Counted from the first letter of the stretch, positions 1-10,496 are shown. The stretch is DNA of 32,000 nucleotides from Mycoplasmoides genitalium G37 (GCF_000027325.1 NC_000908.2:450001-482000); one strand, 5' to 3'. The notes: generated by a model not told the origin, from the letters alone. Numbers and translations are program-made.

Positions 1-722
<722 letters not shown>

Positions 723-733
723 TCTGCGTACTT

Positions 734-1048
734 TCAACGCACTTTAGCTGCAGTTTCTTTGATCGTTTTGCTTGGACTGTAGCGCACTAATGGTTTTGGT
801 GGGATATGTCTAATCTCACCTGTTTGCATATCCTTCTGATAACGTGCATTTCTAATAGTAATCCTTAATTTACCTAAATTTTCAGGTAATATACAAACAC
901 TTCTACTTACCAATTCATTTAGTAACAATGTGTTAAGGTATTTAAAGATTTCCTTAATTTTTTTTTCTTTTATACCAGTAGCAACTGCAATTATTTTATT
1001 GATTTCACTACGAGAAAGTGGCTTACTTGTATTTGATGTTTTTTCCAT
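734..1048 (-). CDS. HU/IHF-family DNA-binding protein (104 aa)
   Basis: Intact track ORF. The sequence has the pattern of the HU beta-arm (...LGKLRITIRNARYQKDMQTGEIRHIPPKPLVRYSPSKTIKE) after an N-terminal helical part (LSRSEINKIIAVATGIKEKKIKEIFKYL). Confidence 0.75.
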   Translation of the reverse strand: MEKTSNTSKPLSRSEINKIIAVATGIKEKKIKEIFKYLNTLLLNELVSRSVCILPENLGKLRITIRNARYQKDMQTGEIRHIPPKPLVRYSPSKTIKETAAKVR

Positions 1049-1196
1049 ATAATTATTTTTTAAAACTTTATTAGCTCTGTTATTGCTAAAAACAAAAGAG
1101 AAACAATTTAACGCATTCTATTTTATTATTGATTCAACAATTAAATTAAAACACTTATAAAGTAAATTTTTAGACAATTATTTCTATTCTTAAGAC

Positions 1197-1610
1197 ATGG
1201 AACAAAACAATATTAAAGAACAACTTATTTCTTTCTTTAATCAAGCATGTTCTACCCACCAAGAAAGACTTGATTTTATCTGTTCTACAAGAGAAAGTGA
1301 TACTTTTTCTAGTGTTGATGTACCACTTGAACCCATTAAAAATATTATTGAAATAACTAAAGATGAAAATCAACAAATTGAAATTACAAAAATAGCTGTT
1401 AATAACATTAAAACATTATCTTCTGTTGGTGCAACCGGTCAGTATATGGCATCTTTCTTTTCAACGAATAGTGAGCCAGCTATAATATTTTGCGTCATTT
1501 ATTTTTTATATCACTTTGGTTTTTTAAAAGATAACAATAAAAAACAAATAATAAAAAAGGCTTATGAAACTATTGCTGATAACATTGCTGACTATTTAAA
1601 TGAAAATTAG
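1197..1610 (+). CDS. Hypothetical protein (137 aa) with one hydrophobic segment (AIIFCVIYFLYHFGFL)
   Basis: Intact ORF with an in-frame TAA two codons upstream of the ATG. It fills the gap between the HU-like gene and the clpB 3' end. I recognise no motif. Confidence 0.5.
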   Translation: MEQNNIKEQLISFFNQACSTHQERLDFICSTRESDTFSSVDVPLEPIKNIIEITKDENQQIEITKIAVNNIKTLSSVGATGQYMASFFSTNSEPAIIFCVIYFLYHFGFLKDNNKKQIIKKAYETIADNIADYLNEN

Positions 1611-1612
1611 GT

Positions 1613-3757
1613 TTAAGACTTATTATTTTGTGTAATGGTAATATTGTCTTTAACAACTGCAATGTTGTATCCAACACCTTTTTTTATCTTTCCCTGAAGG
1701 ATATATTTAGCTATTAAAGTTGCAACACTATGATCAATAAAGCGCTTAATTGGTCTTGCACCAAACTGTTGATCAAAACTACTTTTATAGATAAACTCTG
1801 TTAGATTTGAATCAAAATTAAAAAATAAATTTTGTTTATTCAAGCGTTTTGAAAGTTGTGCCAACAAGCTGTTGATTATCGATAAAACTGTATCTTTCTC
1901 AAGAACATTGAAAAATACTATCTCATCAATACGATTTATAAATTCAGGACGGAAATGTTTCTTTAGACTTTGAATGGCCAAATCTTTTTTTCCTTCTAAA
2001 AGAAAATTTGAACCTAGGTTAGAAGTCATAATTATCAAAGTATTTTTGAAATTAACAACCCTTCCTTGTGAATCTTTTAAAGTACCATCATCTAAAACTT
2101 GTAATAAAACATTAGTTACATCAGGATGTGCCTTTTCAATTTCATCAAATAACAAGACGCTATAAGGTTTTCTTCTAACCGCTTCAGTTAGCAAACCTGA
2201 TTGTTCATAACCTATGTACCCTGGGGGTGCACCAATTAATTTAGCTACTGAATGTTTTTCCATATATTCACTCATATCAAAACGAATCAGAGCTTTTTCA
2301 TTGTCAAAAAGAACTTCTGCTAATGATTTGGCAAGTTCAGTTTTACCAACACCAGTAGAACCTAAAAAGATGAAAGAACCAATAGGTTTGTTTGGGTCAT
2401 TTATATTTACTCTACCTCTAATTACAGTGTTAACAACAGCATCGATGGCTTCATCTTGTCCTTTAACTCTTTTTTTGATTTCATCACCTAAGTGCAAAAG
2501 TTTATCCTTTTCACTTTCTAATAGTTTTTTAAGTGGAATTCCTGTTGTTTGTGAAATAACTTCAGCAATTTCATTTTCAGAAACTTCAGTTTTAAATAAA
2601 TCGTGCTTAGAAGTTGCATATTTTTGTTGTGCACTTTCCAGTTCTTTTTTAAGTCTTGGGATATCAGAGTACAGAATTTTAGATGCACTTTCATAATTTC
2701 CTTCACTTTGGTATGTCTCTAGTTTGGTTTGAAATTCTTCAATCTCTTTTTTGAGCTTATTAATGTTTTCAAAATCAGCCTTTTCCTTTTTTCATTCATT
2801 TATAAGTGAATCACGCTTTTGTTTAAGAGCATCTAATTGTTTTTTTAGTTTCTCTAAATATTCTTTCTTTGATTGTTTGTTATCATTTTCCTTATCTTGT
2901 TTAAGAGCTGCATACTCTGTCTCAAGATTGATTATTTCACGTTTAAGACTATCTATTGCAACTGGTTCAGATGACATTTCTGTTTTGATCTTAGCAGCAG
3001 CCTCATCAATAAGATCAATGGCTTTATCAGGTAAATTACGTTCATTAATATAACGAGTTGACATTTCAACAGCAGCTACTAAAGCACTATCAAAAATAGT
3101 GATGTTATGAAAGAGTTCTCAACGTGTTTTTAAACCACGCATAATTGTTAGTGCCTCTTGACTACTAGGCTCGTTAATAAGAATTTTTTGAAATCTACGT
3201 TCTAAAGCGCCATCTTTTTCAATGTATTCCCGGTATTCTTTTAGAGTAGTAGCGCCAATTACTTTTATTTCTCCTCGAGCTAGCATCGGCTTTAATATAT
3301 TGGCAATATCCATTGCACCACTGCTAGAATTACGTCCTAATCCAACTATTTGGTGAATTTCATCAATAAAAAGAATAATCCTGCCATTTGATTCTTTTAC
3401 TTGCTTAAGAATGGTATTAATTCTTTTTTCAAATTCACCTTGGAATTTAGTGCCAGCAATTAATCCAGAAAGAGATAGTTCATAAATTTCTACATCCCTT
3501 AAATTTAAAGGTACATCATTACTAACAACTCTTCTAACAAAACCTTCTACTATTGCGGTTTTACCAACTCCAGGTTCACCAATTAAAACAGGATTGTTTT
3601 TGCTTTTACGACTTAATATCTCAATTAAACGACGAATTTCGTTATCTCTTCCAATAATAGGATCGACCTTATTTTTTAATACTTCATCGTTAATATTACG
3701 ACCAATTTCTTGCAAAAAATTACGATTTTCACCAGCAGGTGTGAAATTAATATTCAT
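1613..3757 (-). CDS. clpB: ClpB-type AAA+ disaggregase (714 aa), short form without the N-terminal domain
   Basis: Track fragments 1613..2497, 2792..3064 and 3119..3757 are all in one phase. I read the junctions 2498-2791 and 3065-3118 codon by codon; the only interruptions are TGA at 2792-2794 and 3119-3121. There are two Walker A sites (GEPGVGKTA and [12 protein letters not shown]) and a coiled-coil middle domain (...[19 protein letters not shown]...). The protein starts about 30 residues before the [16 protein letters not shown] motif, so the N-domain of about 140 aa found in longer ClpBs is absent. Confidence 0.95.
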
Positions 3758-3768
3758 TTTAATTGCTC

Positions 3769-3775
3769 ACTCCTT
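3769..3775 (-). promoter_or_regulatory. Shine-Dalgarno-like AAGGAGT, 11 nt upstream of the clpB ATG
   Basis: The plus strand reads actcctt at 3769-3775, which is AAGGAGT on the minus strand. Good SD matches appear uncommon elsewhere in this window. Confidence 0.5.
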
Positions 3776-3786
3776 TTAATGCAAAA

Positions 3787-3792
3787 ATTATA
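3787..3792 (-). promoter_or_regulatory. Candidate -10 box TATAAT for clpB
   Basis: The plus strand reads attata at 3787-3792, which is TATAAT on the minus strand. It lies 5 nt downstream (in the clpB direction) of the CIRCE element, so CIRCE would occupy the -35 and spacer region. Confidence 0.5.
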
Positions 3793-3797
3793 TAAAA

Positions 3798-3824
3798 TTA
3801 GCACTCAAGGCATTCGAGTGCTAA
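3798..3824. promoter_or_regulatory. CIRCE operator (HrcA binding site): TTAGCACTC-N9-GAGTGCTAA
   Basis: This is a perfect match to the CIRCE consensus, ttagcactc aaggcattc gagtgctaa, a perfect 9-bp inverted repeat with a 9-nt spacer. It lies 41 nt upstream of the clpB start. Confidence 0.92.
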
Positions 3825-3910
3825 TTAAAAACTAGGTTTTTTGTTTATCTCTAATTTATCTAATCAGAGTTGATATTTTTGTCAAAATAATTAGAAACCT
3901 AAAATAACTA

Positions 3911-4753
3911 TTAACTATTTTTTTGTGCTTGTTTTCAAATTGAGGGAAATAATGCTTTTAAAAAGTATTCTAATCGTTTTTCAACTCATTTTCGATAGTT
4001 TAAAATTGCTTCTGTTTGGGGCATAATCTCAGTTCATTGAAAAGCAAATAATAAAACATAAATAACTGTTTCAAAAACAAGCTTACGCTTAAGTCCACCA
4101 TAAATATCAATAAGTTTATTTGCTGTTTCTATGGTTAGTTCTTCACGAATAATATTAGCTATTTCATAATAAGGATTATCAACACAAGATCATTCAAAAT
4201 CAATAAGGATTACTTGCTTTTTAGGTGTTCAAACCAAATTATCAAAAGTAGCATCATGATGACAGAGAGTTTTTGGTATGTCAATATGCTTCTTAGTTAA
4301 ATTAAGATATAACCGTTTATAAAAAGCGGAAAGCTTAGTTTTTTCAAAATAAACCAAAGGATCAAATATTAAAAGTTCATTAGCAAATGGTTTTCAGTCA
4401 ACTGAATGAACTTTTTTTAAAGATTCAACCAATCTGCATAAAAATAGATCAGTTGCTCTTTTAGGTTGAGTGCCTTCTATCCACCTTTTTATAGCATTAC
4501 CTGTTGTTACATCAAAATAAACAAATGGGTTTGAAAAAAAAGGTTCTACTAGTTGCAAAATAATTTGTTCATTTCTTCTGTCTAAAATAACATCTTTTCT
4601 TGAAAGTCTTATTTGAAATTTACTATGATCTTTCAATTCACAAAAAAAAGAAAAATTAGTAAAACCAGAATGAATTTGCTCTATCTTGAAAATATCTGTT
4701 TCTACAACTTGAAGTTTTTCACAAAGAAAAGCAACCGCTTTTTTTAAATCCAT
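3911..4753 (-). CDS. Choline/ethanolamine-kinase-like (APH-fold) kinase, LicA-like (280 aa)
   Basis: I extended track ORF 4394..4753 downstream codon by codon to the TAA at 3911-3913. This crosses six in-frame TGA, at 4394, 4229, 4190, 4034, 3986 and 3935. The translation contains [13 protein letters not shown] (the HxDxxxxN Brenner motif) followed by [20 protein letters not shown] (a DxE metal-binding motif), as in choline kinases. Confidence 0.8.
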
Positions 4754-4765
4754 TAATTTTGATGA

Positions 4766-5947
4766 TTATTTTTTAATGTTTGTACTTACTCTCAAAGCAT
4801 CTTCTACAATCATCAATTCCTCATTTGTACGAACTCTAAAAATTTGATACTTGCTTTCATTTGTTGAAATTAGAGAACTATCTTGATAATTTCCAAATAA
4901 ATTACTGTTAGTTTTAAAACCAAGTGAAGCAACTTTTTCAATTATTAATTGCACACAATAACTAGCATTTTCACCAACTCCCCCAGTAAATACCAAGCTA
5001 TCAATTTCACCTGAAAGTTGATTTAGGTATTTAGCAATATAGTCAGCAACACGATTAACATACATTTTTATAGCAATATCATTAATTTCTGGTTTATCAA
5101 AAATATCACGCATGTCAGAACTACCTGTTATAGCAAACATTCCACTCTTTTTATTTAATTCATTTACAACATCATTACATGAAAGCTTTTGCTGTTCAGC
5201 AATGTAACTAACAATGGCAGGATCAATATCACCACTACGTGTTCCCATTATTAATCCTTCAAGGGGAGTGAATCCCATCGATGTGTTTAGTGATTTGCCT
5301 TGTTTAATCGCACAAACACTTGCACCATTACCAAGATGACAAACAATTAAATTAAGTGGTTTTTTATTAAACTTTTTTTCTAAAAACTCGTTAATGTATT
5401 TATAAGAAGTTCCATGAAAACCATATCTTCTTACTAAGTTATTTTTCTCTCAATTTTCAGGAACTGCATAAAGATAATTTTCCCTTGGAATAGTAGTGTG
5501 AAAAGTGGTATCAAATACAGCAACATTCTTAGCAGTTTTTATCTCTTTTAGAAAAATTTCAATAACATCTGCTTCTGGTTTATTATGAAGCGGTGCTAAC
5601 TTAATGAATTCTTTTATTTTTGCTAGTGAATGTGTATCAACAAGAACTGCATCTGTAAAATAATTTGCTCCTTGTACTACTCTATGCCCTATTAGCCCAA
5701 TTTCTGAAAGTTCAGTAATAATTTTGTTTTTTTTAAGCGCATTTAAAAAATGCTTAACAGCAAGATTATGATCATTAAATTGAACCTTTTCTTCTATCTT
5801 TTTTTGATTAAATTCAAGCTTAAAAAAACCATCAATGAAAATACGTTCACAAAGTCCTTTAGCTAGTACTTGTTTTTTATCATTAAAAAGTTGAAATTTA
5901 ATTGAACTGCTACCTGCATTAACAACCAAGATTTTGTGACTTTGCAT
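4766..5947 (-). CDS. ackA: Acetate kinase (393 aa)
   Basis: Fragments 4766..5278 and 5450..5947 are in phase. I read junction 5279-5449 and found only a TGA, at 5450. The translation has KILVVNAGSSSIKFQLF, RRYGFHGTSYKY, VCHLGNGASVCA and GFTPLEGLIMGTRSGDIDP. Confidence 0.95.
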
Positions 5948-6054
5948 TTAACCGAAGAATATTTACCTTATTTATTAAAAAATAATACTAAATTAATATA
6001 GTGTGGAATAATTAAATGTTTTAACTAAAAAGAAATATTATTAAATCTTAAACA

Positions 6055-6264
6055 ATGAAAATTAAAAAATGCTATATTATCGCTGTTATTTCAGCTTTTA
6101 TTGGTTTTCTTTTTTACTTTTTATCTTCACTTATAGGGATAACAGATGTTAATAATGCAAAAACAGTAGCAACTGTATTTTTTGTATTAGCAACATTAAT
6201 AGTTGTTAATGCTATTGTCTTCTGGATTCTTTATCTATTCAAAAAAAAGAACGTAGTTAAGTAA
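6055..6264 (+). CDS. Small predicted membrane protein (69 aa, two hydrophobic helices)
   Basis: Intact ORF MKIKKCYIIAVISAFIGFLFYFLSSLIG...TVATVFFVLATLIVVNAIVFWILYLFKKKN. It has two stretches of about 20 hydrophobic residues and a basic C-terminus. It lies in the divergent gap after ackA on the same strand as ruvAB. There is no homology evidence. Confidence 0.4.
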   Translation: MKIKKCYIIAVISAFIGFLFYFLSSLIGITDVNNAKTVATVFFVLATLIVVNAIVFWILYLFKKKNVVK

Positions 6265-6326
6265 ATTTATTTGTCACTAATAGTTTTTTAGCACATTAAT
6301 TTGATAGAAAACAAATTGAATGTAAT

Positions 6327-6752
6327 ATGGAAACTATCAGAGAAACACTTTCTTCTATACAAAGAAGCAATTTTTTATTAAATGAAAGCGCACAAATTCT
6401 CAATACGTGTGTAAACAAGAACACATTGCTTGACGATAAGCTGCGCAATTCGATTAATTTTGCACTTAGCATCATTAAGCTAGCAGACTTTTGTCTAAAG
6501 GATGATACTGAAAAAATTAATCAATTCTTAGGTAAAACATATGATTTACCATGAGAGTTTCAATTTAACCAAAAAGACAAGCATATAGAATGCACTGTCA
6601 AAGACAATTTTGGTCGTGAGAAACTAATAAATTTGATTTTTCAAATTGGTGATGCTATTGAAACTTATCATACTACTTTAATAAGATTCAAAATTCCCAA
6701 GCATTGTTTGAATGCAAGGGATCAAATCAAAAAAATAATGGAGGGCAAATAA
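6327..6752 (+). CDS. Hypothetical protein (141 aa) ending 2 nt before the ruvA start
   Basis: Track ORF 6327..6554 continues through a single TGA (6552-6554) to the TAA at 6750-6752. I read every codon and found no TAA or TAG. The translation is METIRETLSSIQRSNFLLNESAQILNTC...DLPWEFQFNQKDKHIECTVKDNFGREKLINLIFQIGDAIETYH...MEGK. I recognise no motif. Confidence 0.55.
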
Positions 6753-6754
6753 AA

Positions 6755-7372
6755 ATGATTACATCTATCTTTGGAAAAGTTACTTTTGTAGGCAAAAGAA
6801 AAATAATTGTTGAGCACAACTGGATTTCATATTGATTTAATACAAAAGAAAACCATAAATTTGAAAAAAATTTGGAAAAAAATAAGCAAATTTTTTGTCA
6901 TATTATTAAAAAAATTGTCGCTAACCAAATTATAGAAGAGGCTTTTGCCTTTAATACTCTAGAAGAAAAAGAGTGGTTCTGTAGATTAATAGAACTCAAT
7001 GGTATTGGTAGTAAAACTGCACTTAATTTGCTCAATAATGACCTTGAGGAAATTAAACAATACATTCTGGAAAATAACTACAGTGCATTATGTGGTATTA
7101 ACGGTGTAAATAACAAAATAGCTCGTGCACTTTTATCACTTGAAATATTTGAAAAATCTGAAAATAATAAAAATATTAAAGGAGTTCAAGTTGCTGATGG
7201 TTATGATGAATTGTTTGAAACACTAAAGTCACTTGGTTACAAACAACAAGAAATTCAGGATGCACTAAAAATGATAGAAGTAAAACCTGATTTTGATATA
7301 AGTCAGTTAGTTGCAGAAGTAATTAAATTAATGTCTTTTAAGAATAATGAAATTACAAATAAAACCGCCTAA
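6755..7372 (+). CDS. ruvA: Holliday junction helicase subunit RuvA (205 aa)
   Basis: The ATG at 6755 is in phase with track ORF 6872..7372, which begins at an internal TTG; there is one TGA between them. The N-terminus MITSIFGKVTFVGKRKIIVE is the typical RuvA OB-domain start. The HhH region is LIELNGIGSKTALNLL ... INGVNNKIARALL, and there is a C-terminal domain III (LKSLGYKQQEIQDALKMI). Confidence 0.9.
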
Positions 7373-8270
7373 TACCTTTGATGAATTTGTAGGAAAACAA
7401 GAAATAATTAGTCAAATTCAATTAAGTATTAAAGCATCTAAATTAAATAAAACACAACTAGATCATATCTTGTTATATGGCCCACCTGGTGTGGGTAAAA
7501 CTACTTTAGCCAGATTAATAGCAAATGAATTGAAAACAAAGTTGCAAATTATTCAAGGTGGACATTTACAAAAACCAAGCGATTTCTTAAACGCAATTTC
7601 ACTCATTAAAAAAGGTGATGTTCTTTTTATAGATGAGATCCATGCCGTAGCACCTAATGTCATGGAACTAATGTATCCAGTTATGGATGTGTTCAAAATA
7701 CAAGTATTAATTGGCAAGGATTTTAATTCCAAGATAGTTGAAATGAAGGTAAATCCTTTTACTCTAATTGGTGCAACTACACAACTTGGTAAAATCATCA
7801 ATCCTTTAGAAGATAGATTTGGCGTTATCTTAAACATTAACTATTATTCAAATGCTGAAATTGAAAAGATGGTAAGTATCTATGGAAAGCAAATGAAGTT
7901 AGAGCTAAATTCAAATGAAATTTCAGCTATCACTGAACATAGTAAACAAACACCAAGAATTGCAATTAGAATAGTTAGAAGAATATTTGAACAAAAAATT
8001 GTTAATAAAAAAATAGACCTTGAGGGTTTGTTTAAGAATTTAATGATTTATAAAAATGGTCTGCAAAGTATTGATGTCCAATATCTTGAGGTTTTAAATC
8101 GCCAAAATGAACCACAAGGAATTAAGTCAATTAGTTCCATGTTAGGTATAGACAGACACACTATAGAAAATAAAATTGAACCTTTTTTGTTGCGTGAAAA
8201 TATGATTCAAAAAACCAAAAAAGGCAGGATTATTACAAATAGCGGAAGAGAATATTTAGTTAACTTTTAA
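7347..8270 (+). CDS. ruvB: Holliday junction helicase subunit RuvB (307 aa)
   Basis: Intact ORF with Walker A LYGPPGVGKTTLA, Walker B VLFIDEIH, sensor GATTQLGKI and TPRIAIRIVRR. It overlaps the ruvA 3' end by 26 nt. Confidence 0.95.
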   Translation: MKLQIKPPNTFDEFVGKQEIISQIQLSIKASKLNKTQLDHILLYGPPGVGKTTLARLIANELKTKLQIIQGGHLQKPSDFLNAISLIKKGDVLFIDEIHAVAPNVMELMYPVMDVFKIQVLIGKDFNSKIVEMKVNPFTLIGATTQLGKIINPLEDRFGVILNINYYSNAEIEKMVSIYGKQMKLELNSNEISAITEHSKQTPRIAIRIVRRIFEQKIVNKKIDLEGLFKNLMIYKNGLQSIDVQYLEVLNRQNEPQGIKSISSMLGIDRHTIENKIEPFLLRENMIQKTKKGRIITNSGREYLVNF

Positions 8271-9504
8271 GCTTATTAGCTCTTTTAATAATTTCAAAAC
8301 CAAAACTTTCATTAATATCAAAAATTAATTTATCAAGTGAAGATTCTTCGCTTAATTTGCTAATTGATTTTGGTATGAATTGATAAAATAAAGATTTTTT
8401 CTGTCCTTCATCTGTATCTATCTTTTTTAAATCAAAAAAACTAATACCTATTAATCGAACGTTCTTTTCAGTATTAATTAATAGTCTGTTGAATAATCGT
8501 TTTGTTATTGACAGTAGTTTTCTATAATCGTTTGAATATTTTTTCATTTTATTTGAATGAGAATTAACAATAAAATCATTGCTTTTCAATTGCACAACTA
8601 TCCCTTTACACACTTGTGAAGAGAGTTGTAATCTTATAAAGAGCTGATCAAATATTTGCGTTAACTTTTTATTTAACTGATTGTTTGAATAATTTAAATC
8701 TTCTAACGTTTCACTGACTGCAAAAGAGCGAGACTTAACCTGATTGTTATTATCTGTATATCATTTGCCTAGTGAAACTGCTTTTAAAGATTCTCAAAAA
8801 TTACCAAATACTTTTTTTAAAAGCGAAGCATCTTCACAAACTGCTAGATCATTTATTTTGTAAAAATTATTTTTAAAAACTAAATCAATATGTTTTTCTC
8901 CTATCCCTGGAATTTCAGTAATTGGTAGTGGTCAAAGTTTTTTTTTAATATCCTTAACTGAACAACTTTTAATTCCAAATGGTTTTGCTTGATTTGAAAA
9001 AATCTTAGCAATTAAAAAATGATCTGAGATGCCAATTGAAATTTTGATTCTCAAGTTTTGAAAAACAAAATTTTTTATTTTTTTCGCTATTAAAAATGCC
9101 TTTTTAAATGAAATGTTTTGAAAACAAGCAACCCCTTCATCAACAGAAAGAACATCAATTTTTAATGAAAAAGTGCTTTCAATAACTGAAAAAATACGTT
9201 TAGAATGTTTTCTGTAATTACGAAAATTAGAATGTGCAAAAATAGCATTTGGACATAGTTCTAATGCTTTTAAAATAGACATTCCAGATCTAATTCCATA
9301 ACTACGAGCAACATAGTTACAAGTTGAAACTACACTTCTTGAAAAGCGATTACCAACTATTAAGGGTTGATTAACTAATTCTGGATTTTCTAATTCTTCA
9401 ACAGATGCAAAAAAAGCATCAAAATCAAAATAAAGAAAAATTAAATTTTTATCAATTAAATATTCTGGTTCAAAATATGTAAAGGTGTTAATCATATTTA
9501 TCAA
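8260..9504 (-). CDS. Y-family (DinB/UmuC/ImpB-type) translesion DNA polymerase (about 411-414 aa)
   Basis: Fragments 8260..8613 and 8932..9504 are in phase. I read junction 8614-8931 and found only TGA, at 8932, 8794 and 8761. The translation has LYFDFDAFFASVEE (catalytic Asp motif), LSVDEGV, and PITEIPGIGEKHIDL (HhH). The true start may be the fourth codon, the second ATG of MINMIN... Confidence 0.85.
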
Positions 9505-9614
9505 GTTATGTTATTATTTACTTGCAATAAAACCAAAGAAAATAACGAGTTTTTAACTTTAATAAAGTTATCGAGGATTTATCATCGTTTGTGCTATTGC
9601 GAATATTGTAGTTA

Positions 9615-10103
9615 ATGGTAGATAGTAAGAAAAATAAAAAACAGCAGGTTACGGATTTTTCTAATTTACTCTCTCAAAGTAAAGGATTTGTTATTTTTGA
9701 CTATTCAGGAATGTCTGCTGTTGATGCAACTTTAATGAGAAAAAAGTTGTTTAATAAGGGTAGTAAGATAAAAATTGTTAAAAACAATATCTTAAGACGT
9801 GCTTTAAAAACTAGTAATTTTGAAGGTGTTGATGAATCGGTCATCAAAGGAAAAATTGCAGTTGCTGTTGGTATTAACGAGATCTTAGAAACCTTAAAAG
9901 TTGTTGATAGTGTAGTTAAAGAAAAAGAGTTAATGAAATTTGTTTGTGGTCATTTTGATAACCGTATTTTTAATAGTGATGACTTACAAAAAATAGCAAA
10001 ACTCCCTGGTAGAAATGAACTTTATGGAATGTTTCTTTCAGTTCTACAAGCACCATTACGAAAATTTCTCTATGCTCTTCAGGCAGTAAGGAATGCTAAG
10101 TAA
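9615..10103 (+). CDS. rplJ: 50S ribosomal protein L10 (162 aa)
   Basis: Intact ORF immediately upstream of rplL, with an L10-like sequence (...GFVIFDYSGMSAVDATLMRKKL...KIKIVKNNILRRAL). Confidence 0.9.
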   Translation: MVDSKKNKKQQVTDFSNLLSQSKGFVIFDYSGMSAVDATLMRKKLFNKGSKIKIVKNNILRRALKTSNFEGVDESVIKGKIAVAVGINEILETLKVVDSVVKEKELMKFVCGHFDNRIFNSDDLQKIAKLPGRNELYGMFLSVLQAPLRKFLYALQAVRNAK

Positions 10104-10125
10104 ATTAAATAAATAGAAAAATATT

Positions 10126-10494
10126 ATGGGAAAACTAGATAAAAAACAATTAATTGAATCTCTAAAAGAGATGACTATAGTTGAAATTGATGAAATAATC
10201 AAGGCTGTTGAAGAAGCATTTGGTGTAACTGCAACTCCAATAGTAGCTGCTGGCGCAGCTGGTGCTACACAAGAAGCTGCTAGCGAAGTTAGTGTAAAGG
10301 TAACAGGATATGCTGATAATGCTAAGTTAGCTGTTTTAAAACTTTATCGTGAAATTACTGGAGTTGGTTTAATGGAAGCTAAAACTGCAGTTGAAAAATT
10401 ACCTTGCGTTGTAAAACAAGATATTAAACCAGAAGAAGCAGAAGAACTTAAAAAGCGTTTTGTTGAAGTTGGTGCAACTGTTGAAGTTAAATAA
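10126..10494 (+). CDS. rplL: 50S ribosomal protein L7/L12 (122 aa)
   Basis: Intact ORF with an Ala/Gly hinge ([12 protein letters not shown]) and the conserved C-terminal domain ([24 protein letters not shown]...[20 protein letters not shown]). Confidence 0.97.
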   Translation: MGKLDKKQLIESLKEMTIVEIDEIIKAVEEAFGVTATPIVAAGAAGATQEAASEVSVKVTGYADNAKLAVLKLYREITGVGLMEAKTAVEKLPCVVKQDIKPEEAEELKKRFVEVGATVEVK

Positions 10495-10496
10495 AG

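Noticed and set aside
725-741. A small hairpin, TGCGT-actttca-ACGCA, between recU and the HU-like gene, considered as a bidirectional terminator.
   Set aside because: The stem is only 5 bp, it has no flanking U-tract, and it overlaps the 3' coding end of the HU-like gene. This is too weak to call.
8938-8946. Homopolymer runs inside coding regions that might act as phase-variation switches: A/T9 at 8938-8946 (Y-family polymerase), T9 at 11085-11093, T9 at 26632-26640 (argS) and A8 at 6241-6248.
   Set aside because: Runs of this length are expected by chance in such AT-rich, Lys/Phe-rich coding sequence. They sit in housekeeping genes rather than surface-protein genes or promoters, and all are in the intact-frame state. 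There is no evidence for switching.
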